This document shows positions 19,874 through 29,683 of a stretch of DNA of 64,000 nucleotides, piece after piece (the first letter of the stretch is position 1; every line of letters starts with the position of its first letter). The DNA lies in contig JABGUJ010000001.1 of the NCBI GenBank assembly GCA_018646625.1, forward strand, positions 441,534 through 505,533. The letters run 5' to 3'. Below the pieces are notes generated by a model. It did no database searches. It was given only the letters and a program-made list of their open reading frames with translations, and had not been told where the DNA came from. The position numbers and the translations under genes were made by a program. Source of the stretch: Candidatus Woesearchaeota archaeon. GTDB taxonomy: Archaea; Nanobdellota; Nanobdellia; Woesearchaeales; JABGUJ01.

Positions 19874-20755
19874 ATGGTACACGAGCATCTAGAACTGGCA
19901 ATAAAAGCTGCATTGGCTGCTGGAGACAAGATCATGGAGATTAGAGACTCCGGAGACCTTGGAACTAGAGAAAAAAGCGACAGAACGCTTGTAACCCTTG
20001 CAGACACAGAAGCTCAAAGAATCATTCTAAACATCCTTTCAGAATCAAATATTCCTATTCAAGGAGAAGAATATGATCCGGAATTAGCAGAATACAATGC
20101 AAGACTTCTAACTGTTGGAGAAAATCCAACTACATTTTGGTCGGTTGATCCGGTTGATGGAACAAGAGATCTCGCAGAAGGTATTGATGATTTTGTTGTA
20201 AGTATTGCGCTAGTAAGTGATCATCATTCAAGACTTGGTGTATTGTACGCGCCTGCAAGAAAACAACTTTGGTTTGCGGATCAAGATACGCCAACACATT
20301 ACAGTGAAGATGTCGACATAGTTAAGGGCGTGCATAAAAAAGTTAAATGGCCCAATAACATGGCTTCATTCGACGACGCAATTATGCTTGCCAGTCCCTC
20401 GGAAATGAAAAAAGATTACTTTAAAGCATTCTTAAGAGAAATAAACAAAGAACAACAAGTTAAAGAAATAGGAAGTACTGCATTAAAGTGTGCACTTCTT
20501 ACTCTGGGAGAAGGAGATGTTTATGCTTCATTGCATAACTTAAACCCTAAAAACCCAGGATTAATCAGAGACTGGGACATAGCAGCAGCAGATATTATTC
20601 TACAAAAAGCAGGAGGCTGCCTAGTAACTCTAACTGGCTACTCTCCAAGATATCACTTCGACGCACCAAAACAAAGAAATGGCGCAATAGGCTACAGGAA
20701 CGTTGTAAACCATCCAGATTACTTAAGAAAAATGCAACCACATCTGCCTAAGTAA
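19874..20755 (+). CDS. cysQ: CysQ/inositol monophosphatase-family phosphatase
   Basis: VTLAD, GEE, VDPVDGT, WDIAAA motifs. Confidence 0.82.
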   Translation: MVHEHLELAIKAALAAGDKIMEIRDSGDLGTREKSDRTLVTLADTEAQRIILNILSESNIPIQGEEYDPELAEYNARLLTVGENPTTFWSVDPVDGTRDLAEGIDDFVVSIALVSDHHSRLGVLYAPARKQLWFADQDTPTHYSEDVDIVKGVHKKVKWPNNMASFDDAIMLASPSEMKKDYFKAFLREINKEQQVKEIGSTALKCALLTLGEGDVYASLHNLNPKNPGLIRDWDIAAADIILQKAGGCLVTLTGYSPRYHFDAPKQRNGAIGYRNVVNHPDYLRKMQPHLPK

Positions 20756-20891
20756 GCTTTATATATCATCAATTTAAAATTAAACATAAATGCCTAGTAT
20801 GGGTCAAAGCACGAAAGTGGGGCGCATACACACTGCAGAGGCGATAAAAATGCAGTACAGAGAATCTAATTCTGTGCTGGGAGAACATAAA

Positions 20892-21476
20892 ATGAGTGAA
20901 GAAATGTTAGTACCAATTGACCAGTATCTAAAGTCTGGTATACACATAGGTACAAAGTTCAAGACTAAGTACATGAGTAATTTCATTTACAAGTCAAGAC
21001 CTGACGGACTATATGTATTAAATCTGCAAAAGATTGATGAAAGAATCAGAACAGCGGCAAAATTCTTATCACAATATTCACCCGATGAAATTGTTGTAGT
21101 AAGTAGAAGAGAAAATGGTTGGAGACCTGCTAAAATGTTTGGTAAGGTAACTGGCACAAAAATCTTCGCAGGAAGATATCCTCCTGGAGTTATGACTAAC
21201 CCAGAACTTAAAACTTACTTTGAGCCAAAGGTAATTGTAGTAACTGATCCTTGGCCTGACAGAAACGCAATCTTAGATGCTGCTAAAGCAGGAGTAACTG
21301 TTATTAGCTTGTGTGATACAAACAACCAAACAAACAACATTGATTTAGTTCTTCCTTGTAATAATAAAGGAAAGAAATCTTTAGGTTTGTTATTCTGGAT
21401 TCTTGCAAGAGAATACATGAAAGCTAAAAAAGCTGGCGACATCACGCAAACAGCAGAAGATTTTACAGAAGAATAA
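20892..21476 (+). CDS. rps2: 30S ribosomal protein uS2
   Basis: YLKSGIHIG, RPDGLYVL, LCDTNN, PCNNKG; start moved to ATG 20892 (GGGAG upstream). Confidence 0.95.
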   Translation: MSEEMLVPIDQYLKSGIHIGTKFKTKYMSNFIYKSRPDGLYVLNLQKIDERIRTAAKFLSQYSPDEIVVVSRRENGWRPAKMFGKVTGTKIFAGRYPPGVMTNPELKTYFEPKVIVVTDPWPDRNAILDAAKAGVTVISLCDTNNQTNNIDLVLPCNNKGKKSLGLLFWILAREYMKAKKAGDITQTAEDFTEE

Positions 21477-21488
21477 ATTTCTTCTTTT

Positions 21489-22169
21489 TTATTCTATTTT
21501 CTCAAATCCTTCGTCTATCACGCCGAACATTACTTCTCGACCTTCAGGTAACGATCTATGCTTCTTCAGGATAGCTTTTCTTTTACCTTTGTGACCTTTC
21601 TGTAATTCAATTAAGCATTTACTGCCATATTTTAGAATATCTCCACCAACCATGTTGACTTTTTCCTTATTGTCAAAGTCAGAATATACTTGATTGGTGA
21701 TTATTACAGGGATTTTTCTCGTTCTTGCAATTTCCGTTAAATATGCAAGCTGCTGGCCTAGCGCTCTGTTCACAGTATAAACATCATCCGTTTTACCCAT
21801 TTCTAATCTATACTGCATTGCAACAGAATCAATAACAATTATCCCTATGCTATCATTAATAACATCTCTTATCTTATCAAATGCAGTTCTTTGTTCATCA
21901 AAATTGATTGGCTTCAAGAAAACAATATTTTTCAAGATATCATCTGGTTCTGAACTTAATTGCTTCAATCTTGCAATAGAAAAACCACCTTCAGTATCAA
22001 CATATATCACTCTTTTACCTGAAGCTGCAAAAGCAACCGCACTAATCATGCAAAGATTAGTTTTACCAGAACCCGCAGGACCATAAATTGTCGTAACTAT
22101 ATCATTCTCATATCCGCCTTTGAGAAGTTCATCAATCACATCTGAACCTGAACTAATTCTGTCTTCCAT
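21489..22169 (-). CDS. radB: DNA repair protein RadB
   Basis: GPAGSGKTN, YVDTEGG, C-terminal KHR motif, no N-terminal RadA domain; start moved to 22169. Confidence 0.9.
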   Translation of the reverse strand: MEDRISSGSDVIDELLKGGYENDIVTTIYGPAGSGKTNLCMISAVAFAASGKRVIYVDTEGGFSIARLKQLSSEPDDILKNIVFLKPINFDEQRTAFDKIRDVINDSIGIIVIDSVAMQYRLEMGKTDDVYTVNRALGQQLAYLTEIARTRKIPVIITNQVYSDFDNKEKVNMVGGDILKYGSKCLIELQKGHKGKRKAILKKHRSLPEGREVMFGVIDEGFEKIE

Positions 22170-22280
22170 ATCCCTCAAACAATCGATATCGACTATATAA
22201 AACATTTCATCCACGCCATTTATAAATACTTATAAACTATATCTAAAGTAATATAAACAGAGAAATAAGGTTATAATTCA

Positions 22281-23783
22281 ATGCGATGGAACAAAAACAT
22301 GTGGCTTTTGCTACTAATTTTTGCGATTACTTTAGGTGTTAGATTATTTTTTGCGTTCAACACACCTGACTTCACAGGAGATTCTGCATATTTTAATCTT
22401 AGGCAAATAGAACATATAACTGAACATGGTGTTCCACAATTTGATGATCCATTAAGTTATGGCGGGAGGTACTATATCTTTCCCCCTATGTTTCATTACA
22501 TCTTAGCATTCTTCAATCTATTTTTACCAATATCAATAGTTTGTAAAGTTATTCCCAACATATTCGCATCGTTGTTAATTTTTGTAGCATATCTGATAGC
22601 GTACAAGATGACTGAGAAATACACATCTGCAAACTTTACCGCGGCCATCTCAGGATTTATTCCTATCTTCATGGGTTTCACAATAAATAGCATCTCTGTT
22701 TATTCATTACTCATTCCTTTAGCATTTTTAACAGTATATTGTTTTATGAAACTTCCACAGAAAAAGTATCTTTACTTGTTTATTGCATTGGCTTTCATTC
22801 TTCCACTGATACACGCATCTGCTTTGCTAATTGCATCTGGTCTAGTTATCTATCTTCTATTCCTTAAATTAGAAGAACTAAATATGAAACGTATAGAGAT
22901 TGAAGCTATACTCTTCTTGTTGTTTGTAATGCTGTGGGTAGATTTTTTAATATTCAAAAAAGCATTCTTATTCAACGGACCAGGTATTATCTGGCACAAT
23001 ATCCCTCAACAACTTCTTAATATTGGAGCCATAAAATGGTTTATACTTGATGTGATGTCCAAAGTAGGATACATCCCTCTAGTATACGGTATCTTTTCTA
23101 TTTATGAACACATCTTTAAGGTGAAGAACAGAAACATCTATTTGCTTATCAGTTTTGCATTTTCAACATTTTGTTTAATACTTTTCAAATTAATTAGTTT
23201 AGAATTAGGATTACTATTCTTGGGAGTAATAATGACGCTTCTGTTTAGCAAAGGTTTCTTGGATTATTTCGAGTGGCTTGGAAAACTCAAATGGCCTAAA
23301 ATACGTCCTGCGTTTGTAATATTCTTTTTCATATCATTCTTAATCAACTCATTTGTTCCATCTGTGGCTTTTGCAAGAGCAGATGTTACAGAAACACCAT
23401 CTATTGATATCATTGAAGCACTTGAATGGGCCAAAGAAAATACTTTTGAGGGCTCAACAATATTGGCATCAATTGACAACGGTCATTTGATATCCACTAT
23501 TGCCAAAAGAAAAAACGTAATAGATTCCAACTTCTTATTGGTGGATGAAACAACCAAACGTTTAGAGGATGTGGAGATAATATACACTTCAAAATTAGAG
23601 ACCGAAGCACAAAGACATCTTGATGAATACAACATAGGTTATATTTTTCTGTCTCAAAAAGAAAAAGAGATTTTCAACATAGAGTCTATAGGTTACACTT
23701 CGGATAGCAGATGTTTCAAGAAAGTTTTTGAACAAAATAACGTAACAATATTTAGAGCAAGATGCTCACTCAAGGTGAAATAG
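22281..23783 (+). CDS. Multi-TM GT-C-fold glycosyltransferase-like protein
   Basis: GDSAYFNLR and YIFPPMFH loop motifs, many TM helices, STT3-like C-terminal domain (ALEWAKENT..ILAS). Confidence 0.65.
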   Translation: MRWNKNMWLLLLIFAITLGVRLFFAFNTPDFTGDSAYFNLRQIEHITEHGVPQFDDPLSYGGRYYIFPPMFHYILAFFNLFLPISIVCKVIPNIFASLLIFVAYLIAYKMTEKYTSANFTAAISGFIPIFMGFTINSISVYSLLIPLAFLTVYCFMKLPQKKYLYLFIALAFILPLIHASALLIASGLVIYLLFLKLEELNMKRIEIEAILFLLFVMLWVDFLIFKKAFLFNGPGIIWHNIPQQLLNIGAIKWFILDVMSKVGYIPLVYGIFSIYEHIFKVKNRNIYLLISFAFSTFCLILFKLISLELGLLFLGVIMTLLFSKGFLDYFEWLGKLKWPKIRPAFVIFFFISFLINSFVPSVAFARADVTETPSIDIIEALEWAKENTFEGSTILASIDNGHLISTIAKRKNVIDSNFLLVDETTKRLEDVEIIYTSKLETEAQRHLDEYNIGYIFLSQKEKEIFNIESIGYTSDSRCFKKVFEQNNVTIFRARCSLKVK

Positions 23784-23787
23784 AAAG

Positions 23788-25245
23788 ATGTTTTTTTCAA
23801 AAAAGATATACTACGTATCGAATAGAAAACTAATAACTCTTCTACTTGCTTTTGCACTACTAGTGTTACTAATTCCATTAATCATAAATTCATTCCACGA
23901 CATGAACATTATTACCAACAATCCCTCATTATATCATATTAGAATCGCAGAAGACATTCTTGAGGGCGATTTTTTAGGTGGCACAGATGAGTTAACATAC
24001 TTCAAACGCCCCATGTACGTTTCTTTCTTCCATTACTTTTTATCAGGAAGCATCTGGTTTCTTGGTAATACCTTTACACTAATAGTTTTCCCGATACTTA
24101 TGGGGTTATTTTCTATAATCGCTCTGTATCTTCTTTTAGAGCGATTACACGTAGATAAAAAAATACTGGTACTCACAATTTCACTCTTGATAGCATCTCC
24201 AGTTTTTGTATTCACTTTTTCCACATTAAACGCATATGCATTCATAGCAACATTTTTGCTTTGGGGATTATATTTCTACAGTCGAGATGAATTATGGGGA
24301 TTAATAACTTCACTAGTCTTGTTTGTGCTAGTATCGTTCTTCTCTAGATTCAGCATAATACTTTTACTAGCATTCTTACTTTCTTATTCATTAATAACTT
24401 CAAAGAAACAGAAATGGTTTTTAGTGGTGCTTTTCACATTATTATTGGTGGGTTTCAAGTTTGTACCACAAATGTTCTTTGAATTTGATACCATACAAGA
24501 AACAAACGCATTAGTAGACTTTGTGTCTGACTTTGGCGGAGTTGTCGGATTTAGCATCTTTGCTTTAGTTCTTGGAACTATTGGATTATTTACCAGCTGG
24601 GCTCAGAAAAGACAAAAGTATCCACTCTATCTACTATTGATTATATTAATTTACATGGCTATTGATGTAAACAAAAGTTTCAACATCTATTTGTTATTTC
24701 TGGCATCCTATCTTGCAGCTATTGGATTGCTGAGAATATTAAAGATAAAATGGCATTTCACAATCTTAAGAGATCTAACACTCATCATCATACTGTGCGG
24801 ATTATTGTTCTCAACAGTATCATATTATGATAGATTAGCACAGAATGATTATTCTGATGAAGCTGCTGTATTAAATTGGCTCTCAACCAACACTCCCGAA
24901 GATAGCTCGGTGTTATCTCATTATCAAAACGGATTCCTTATACAAACATTAGGAAAAAGGAAGGCAGTTTTAGATCCATTATCTGCTTACAACATTGGAT
25001 TTGATCAAACAAACGATGAAATGAACCAAATATTTGATTCTAGAAATCTTAGGGATACAAAGGCTTTACTTAAAAAATACAAAATAGATTATATATTCAT
25101 AAATGAACAAATGAGGCGCGGGAGCGTCTGGGATGAAGACGATCAAGGGTTATTATTTTTACTTCAGAATAACGAAACCTTTAAAAAGGCCCACTCAGTC
25201 TCTGGAGTTAACTTATACAGAGTAGTTATAAGGCCCAAAATATAG
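23788..25245 (+). CDS. Multi-TM GT-C-fold glycosyltransferase-like protein (paralog of the upstream gene)
   Basis: YHIRIAE; LNWLSTNTPEDSSVLSH; KKYKIDYIF. Confidence 0.6.
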   Translation: MFFSKKIYYVSNRKLITLLLAFALLVLLIPLIINSFHDMNIITNNPSLYHIRIAEDILEGDFLGGTDELTYFKRPMYVSFFHYFLSGSIWFLGNTFTLIVFPILMGLFSIIALYLLLERLHVDKKILVLTISLLIASPVFVFTFSTLNAYAFIATFLLWGLYFYSRDELWGLITSLVLFVLVSFFSRFSIILLLAFLLSYSLITSKKQKWFLVVLFTLLLVGFKFVPQMFFEFDTIQETNALVDFVSDFGGVVGFSIFALVLGTIGLFTSWAQKRQKYPLYLLLIILIYMAIDVNKSFNIYLLFLASYLAAIGLLRILKIKWHFTILRDLTLIIILCGLLFSTVSYYDRLAQNDYSDEAAVLNWLSTNTPEDSSVLSHYQNGFLIQTLGKRKAVLDPLSAYNIGFDQTNDEMNQIFDSRNLRDTKALLKKYKIDYIFINEQMRRGSVWDEDDQGLLFLLQNNETFKKAHSVSGVNLYRVVIRPKI

Positions 25246-25260
25246 AAATGGTGGAAAATA

Positions 25261-26496
25261 GTGAACATATGGTTTAATGTATTAATGTATCTGGTTTGGT
25301 TCCTGGCAACCTTCTATTCAGTATACTTCTTTCTAACTATTGCGGTTTACAGAAAAGATTTGTTTGAAAAAAGAAAACTACCAAGATCGTTTAGGCCAAG
25401 AGTAACTTTTCTCATTCCTGCTTACAATGAAGCAAAATCTATTGCAGATTCATTAAAATCTATGAAGAAGGTAACCTACAAAAACATAGAATTCATAGTA
25501 TTAAATGACGGAAGCAAAGATGATACTTCCAAAATCGTCAGAGAGAATATCAAGGGCGATGACAGGTTTAGTTTTATAGACAATAAAGAAAACAAAGGAA
25601 AAGCAGGAGTACTTAATCAAGGAATAAAAATATGCACTGGAGATTTTGTTGCTTGTATGGATGCAGATTCTGTTGTAGAACCAAATATAGTGCAGAAAGT
25701 GATTCCTTATTTCCTAGATGAGAAAACCGGAGCAGTAACTGTTAGCGTCGAGGTCAAGAATCCTAAATCTTTTCTTCAAAAAGCAATGGCTGTAGAGTTT
25801 GCAATAGGACTATCATTGTTCCTAAAAATATTTTCATATTTGAAATGTGTATTTGTAACTCCAGGGCCTTTCTCAATGTATAGAAAAAGCATGCTTAATG
25901 AGATAGGCGGCTACGATGAAACTAATATCACTGAAGATCACGAGATCGCATTCCGAGTTAATAAATCAAAGTATAATATAGAGAACTGTATCGATGCGAG
26001 AGTCTACACAATCCTTCCAAGAACCTTTAAACAACTATACGTTCAAAGAAGAAGATGGTACTCCGGAGCTATACAAACCTTCATGAAACACAGGAAAATG
26101 ATGTTTAAGAAAGAATCTGGCTTTTTCGGAGTATATATCCCATTTCACTACACACTAATCATTTTAGGATTATTCACGTTCTTGGCTTCGATATATCTAA
26201 GTATATCTAGATTTATCAGGGAGATTCTTTATTATCAATACACTGGATTTAATTTCTTTGATCATTTTTCATTATCTCTTGATCCGTTGATGTATGGAAG
26301 AGTTAATTTACTAGGGACTAGCTTAGTGGCTGCAGCTATGATCTTGATGATCGTTGGGATAATTGTTACCAGAAGAAAATTTAGAAACTATAATCTGGGC
26401 CTTATAGGATTCCCTCTGCTCTTCATTCTTTATCAGGTCTATTGGGGTAGCGCAATCTGGAACGCAATAAACAATAAGAAAGTTAAATGGCGATAG
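25261..26496 (+). CDS. GT2 processive glycosyltransferase (PgaC/cellulose-synthase-like)
   Basis: IPAYNE, DGSKD, DAD, TED and QRRRW motifs; TM helices at both ends. Confidence 0.9.
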   Translation: MNIWFNVLMYLVWFLATFYSVYFFLTIAVYRKDLFEKRKLPRSFRPRVTFLIPAYNEAKSIADSLKSMKKVTYKNIEFIVLNDGSKDDTSKIVRENIKGDDRFSFIDNKENKGKAGVLNQGIKICTGDFVACMDADSVVEPNIVQKVIPYFLDEKTGAVTVSVEVKNPKSFLQKAMAVEFAIGLSLFLKIFSYLKCVFVTPGPFSMYRKSMLNEIGGYDETNITEDHEIAFRVNKSKYNIENCIDARVYTILPRTFKQLYVQRRRWYSGAIQTFMKHRKMMFKKESGFFGVYIPFHYTLIILGLFTFLASIYLSISRFIREILYYQYTGFNFFDHFSLSLDPLMYGRVNLLGTSLVAAAMILMIVGIIVTRRKFRNYNLGLIGFPLLFILYQVYWGSAIWNAINNKKVKWR

Positions 26497-26528
26497 TACT
26501 TTTATAATTCAATTAAGAGGTAACAAAA

Positions 26529-27236
26529 ATGACAAAACAAAAGAGTGTTAGAAATTATCTTCCTGTGATTGCTTTTGCAATAACTTTATTCTTATTCTTG
26601 TCTGTAATAATAATAGGAAACATATTGAATAATGAGAGGCAGGATTTTGTGGCAGAAGAAATGCAGAAGATGTACTCTGATTTTAACAGTATGCAGACAC
26701 TCTCTTTGATTATGGGCGACTATGATGACGAAATGGTTTGTATTGCCTTTGAAAGTAAATTACAAGAACTTGACAGCTACATATGGACTTTAGCAGAAAA
26801 GATAGATAAATATAGAATAGTAACTGAAGAGTTTCAGGAAGATGAATTTTACTTGAAACAGAAAAAAACATTTAACGAAAACGAAATATTCTACTATCTT
26901 ATGATGAGGAAGATGAACCGACAGTGTAACATGTCTAAAGAACCACTACTTTTCTTCTACCAGAACTCATTTGATTGTAAAAAATGTGACGATCAATCAT
27001 TTGTACTTACTGATATTAATGAAGATGATGATGATTTGGAGAACGAAGTTGCAATATTCTCTCTAGATGTTGATCTTAACATATCTGCAGTAGATATGAT
27101 GACAAAATATTATGAACTGGAAGAATACCCTTGCCTTATATTTTCTGATGGGACAAGAATGTGTGGTATGATGGATAAATTCATAATTGAAAGAAAATTA
27201 TGTGAAATCAATCCTAAGTTAATGATTTGTGAATAA
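26529..27236 (+). CDS. Membrane-anchored thioredoxin-like protein
   Basis: N-terminal TM, FFY...CKKC, YP motif. Confidence 0.55.
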   Translation: MTKQKSVRNYLPVIAFAITLFLFLSVIIIGNILNNERQDFVAEEMQKMYSDFNSMQTLSLIMGDYDDEMVCIAFESKLQELDSYIWTLAEKIDKYRIVTEEFQEDEFYLKQKKTFNENEIFYYLMMRKMNRQCNMSKEPLLFFYQNSFDCKKCDDQSFVLTDINEDDDDLENEVAIFSLDVDLNISAVDMMTKYYELEEYPCLIFSDGTRMCGMMDKFIIERKLCEINPKLMICE

Positions 27237-27264
27237 CTAGATCAAGAAACATAAAACTATTTTT

Positions 27265-27729
27265 TCATTTTTTTTTAAGAAGATCTCCAATAGTTAGTAC
27301 ACCACTATTGTTTCTAGCAGATTTAACATCTACTTTCTTTGCTTCATCTTTCTCTATCAACTTAACTGTTAATAGTTTCTGAAGCTTTCTAGCAAGTCTT
27401 ATAGATGGTTTGAAGTGACCTGACTCCATCTTAGTAACGATAGATTCTTTCTCAAATACTTTTTTAGCAAGCTGTTCTTGGGTTATGTCCATCTTCTCTC
27501 GCTTACTCTTTATTACTTCTGCATAATTTTCAACGATCTTAAGATTCTCTTGATCTCTTGGAATTGGAGATCTAACTCTTGGCTTGTTGTGAAATTTAGG
27601 TTTGAATTTTGCCTTAGGTGCGGGTGACTTGCCAAACTTAGCACAACCTTGGCACACTTCCATTTCTGTGCCTTCGACTATGGATTTAGTAATGTTGCCT
27701 TCCTTTCCACACATATCACAACTTGGCAT
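27265..27729 (-). CDS. mbf1: Archaeal multiprotein bridging factor 1
   Basis: CDMCG...VCQGC Zn ribbon plus HTH, LTIGD C-terminus. Confidence 0.9.
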   Translation of the reverse strand: MPSCDMCGKEGNITKSIVEGTEMEVCQGCAKFGKSPAPKAKFKPKFHNKPRVRSPIPRDQENLKIVENYAEVIKSKREKMDITQEQLAKKVFEKESIVTKMESGHFKPSIRLARKLQKLLTVKLIEKDEAKKVDVKSARNNSGVLTIGDLLKKK

Positions 27730-27754
27730 ATCTAATCACTTTACTTAAGATAAA

Positions 27755-27873
27755 AGGCGGTGCAGGGATTTGAACCCTGGAATCACCGGGATCTACTATT
27801 CATCGGAAAATGAGACTTCCTCATCATCCCGTTGTTTGCAGCCGATTGCCTTACCAGACTTGGCCACACCGCC
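27755..27873 (-). tRNA. tRNA-Cys(GCA) with a 45-nt intron at 37/38 (27791-27835)
   Basis: Full cloverleaf after intron removal (74 nt), U73 discriminator, CUGC/GUAG central helix flanked by a 3-nt bulge. Confidence 0.9.
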
Positions 27874-27883
27874 AATACTAAAA

Positions 27884-27958
27884 CGGACCTAGAGGGATTC
27901 GAACCCTCGGTCTACGGCTTAGAAGGCCGTCGCCCTATCCAGGCTAGGCTATAGGTCC
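27884..27958 (-). tRNA. tRNA-Arg(TCT)
   Basis: GGACCTA/TAGGTCC acceptor, ACGGC/GCCGT anticodon stem with CTTCTAA loop, GGTTCGAATCC. Confidence 0.95.
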
Positions 27959-27983
27959 TTTAAGGCCAAGATTCTGATATCTA

Positions 27984-27991
27984 TTTATAAA
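27984..27991 (-). promoter_or_regulatory. TATA box of the tRNA-Arg/tRNA-Cys unit
   Basis: TTTATAAA about 26 bp upstream of tRNA-Arg. Confidence 0.65.
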
Positions 27992-28017
27992 TATTATGCT
28001 TACCTAGATATAATGTC

Positions 28018-28590
28018 TTATTCTAGATGAATCTTCTCTATAACCACTTCATTCTTCGGAGCATCTGAAGAGTCAGTATCTAGATTACTTATCTTTGTAA
28101 CAACATCCAAGCCCTCTACTACTTTCCCGAATACCGGGTGCTTACTGCTCATAGGGGGCTTATTGTGATCCAAAAACGAGTTATCCTTCACGTTAATGAA
28201 GAATTGGCTGCCGCCAGTGTCTGGTCCACTATTTGCCATAGCGATTGTACCTACAACATTACTCAAAGAATCATGAAATTCATCCTTTATTTCGTAACCA
28301 GGTCCACCTGTCCCCCATCCGCTCTTTTTAGAAACATCTTTACTTAACGGATCTCCGCCTTGTATCATAAAATTCTCAATAACTCGATGGAATCTTGTTC
28401 CATCATAATATTTTTCTTCTACAAGTTTAATGAAGTTACCTGTAGTAACCGGCATTTTGTCTTCAAATAATTCAATCTTGAAAACACCTTGATTAGTTTC
28501 GAATACTGCAACTTTATTACTCATCGTATTACCTCCGCACGATACTAGAAAAACAACAATTAACAACAAAAAGAATAATTTTATCTTCAT
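28018..28590 (-). CDS. Cyclophilin-type peptidyl-prolyl isomerase (alternative start 28524)
   Basis: FHRVIENFMIQGGD, AMANSGPDTGGSQFFI, HPVFGKV. Confidence 0.93.
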   Translation of the reverse strand: MKIKLFFLLLIVVFLVSCGGNTMSNKVAVFETNQGVFKIELFEDKMPVTTGNFIKLVEEKYYDGTRFHRVIENFMIQGGDPLSKDVSKKSGWGTGGPGYEIKDEFHDSLSNVVGTIAMANSGPDTGGSQFFINVKDNSFLDHNKPPMSSKHPVFGKVVEGLDVVTKISNLDTDSSDAPKNEVVIEKIHLE

Positions 28591-28591
28591 T

Positions 28592-29683
28592 TTAAGGAAG
28601 CCAAGTTTTCTTATTTCCAATCTTATCTGGCAAGTACTTCTCTATCACATAGTTAAGTCCCCACTTTGCAAGTGCCTGCTGCTCTGCTCTTACCTTCATT
28701 TTATGCATTTGCTGAAGTGCTTTTTGCCACTCTTTATGATGTTTAATGAATGGGTCATTTTTAATCAAATCTTTGATCTTCTTAAGATCTACATCTTTCA
28801 ACGGATGACTTGGCAATTTGTAATCTACAACATCCTGCGGAGTTATTCCTATAAACTGCGCTTGCGGTACACAAAAATACTCATTAATGTGTGCGGAATT
28901 ACCAGACCCTACTTTCAATGTTCTATATATTGAACCATATCCGTATGGGTCGCCGTCAGTAAACACATAAACGGGAAGTTTTTTATCATCGCTTAATCGT
29001 CTGATAAATCTACGACATGCTCTCGTAGGTACGCCGCCCATGCTTACTAAAATACAATTGGCATTTTTCCAATATTTGTGTTTTACTAATCTTTGAAACA
29101 TACCCGCAGTCTCTATAGCTAGTATGAACTTTGCTTTTGTTTCGAATTGTAAATGTTCTACGCTAATCGGAATAGAATATGCGCCAGTACCCATTTTAGT
29201 ACAATCAATCTTTAATGGCTTACCAGTATCAGGATCTTTATCCACTACAACTAGTTCACCTGCAATATCTCCGCCTTTTTCTTCTGGAATAAAACCAATC
29301 TGTTCTCTGTTAACTCCCATCATCGCTTCAATATCATCCATGATACTGTCCGACTCTGGTTGTTCTTTGAATTTGGCATCTCCCCAGTTTTTAGAAATAT
29401 AATACATCTCTCTTTTAGTTGCGATGTCGTCAGCTTCAATCAGGGTCTTTGACTCATTCATCATAAGTAAACTCTGAGCAAAAGATTTTATTGTAGAGGC
29501 GGTCATCGTCCTCTCCTTCATCTTACCTAAAATCTTAAAGTACCCTTCTTTATCATTGTATTCTACATTACTTAGTGATCTTATAGGAGTTTCAAGTCTT
29601 GGAGTATCTTTTTTACCAATAGAGTCAAACACTTCTTTAGCAAGACTTCTTATTTTCTCAGGAACGCTTAGTTTCTTACTCAT
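28592..29683 (-). CDS. top6A: DNA topoisomerase VI subunit A
   Basis: TKREMYY, AIETAG, FTDGDPYG. Confidence 0.95.
   Translation of the reverse strand: MSKKLSVPEKIRSLAKEVFDSIGKKDTPRLETPIRSLSNVEYNDKEGYFKILGKMKERTMTASTIKSFAQSLLMMNESKTLIEADDIATKREMYYISKNWGDAKFKEQPESDSIMDDIEAMMGVNREQIGFIPEEKGGDIAGELVVVDKDPDTGKPLKIDCTKMGTGAYSIPISVEHLQFETKAKFILAIETAGMFQRLVKHKYWKNANCILVSMGGVPTRACRRFIRRLSDDKKLPVYVFTDGDPYGYGSIYRTLKVGSGNSAHINEYFCVPQAQFIGITPQDVVDYKLPSHPLKDVDLKKIKDLIKNDPFIKHHKEWQKALQQMHKMKVRAEQQALAKWGLNYVIEKYLPDKIGNKKTWLP

Noticed and set aside
22281..25245. Canonical oligosaccharyltransferase AglB
   Set aside because: Both proteins are short (about 500 aa) and lack the WWDxG motif
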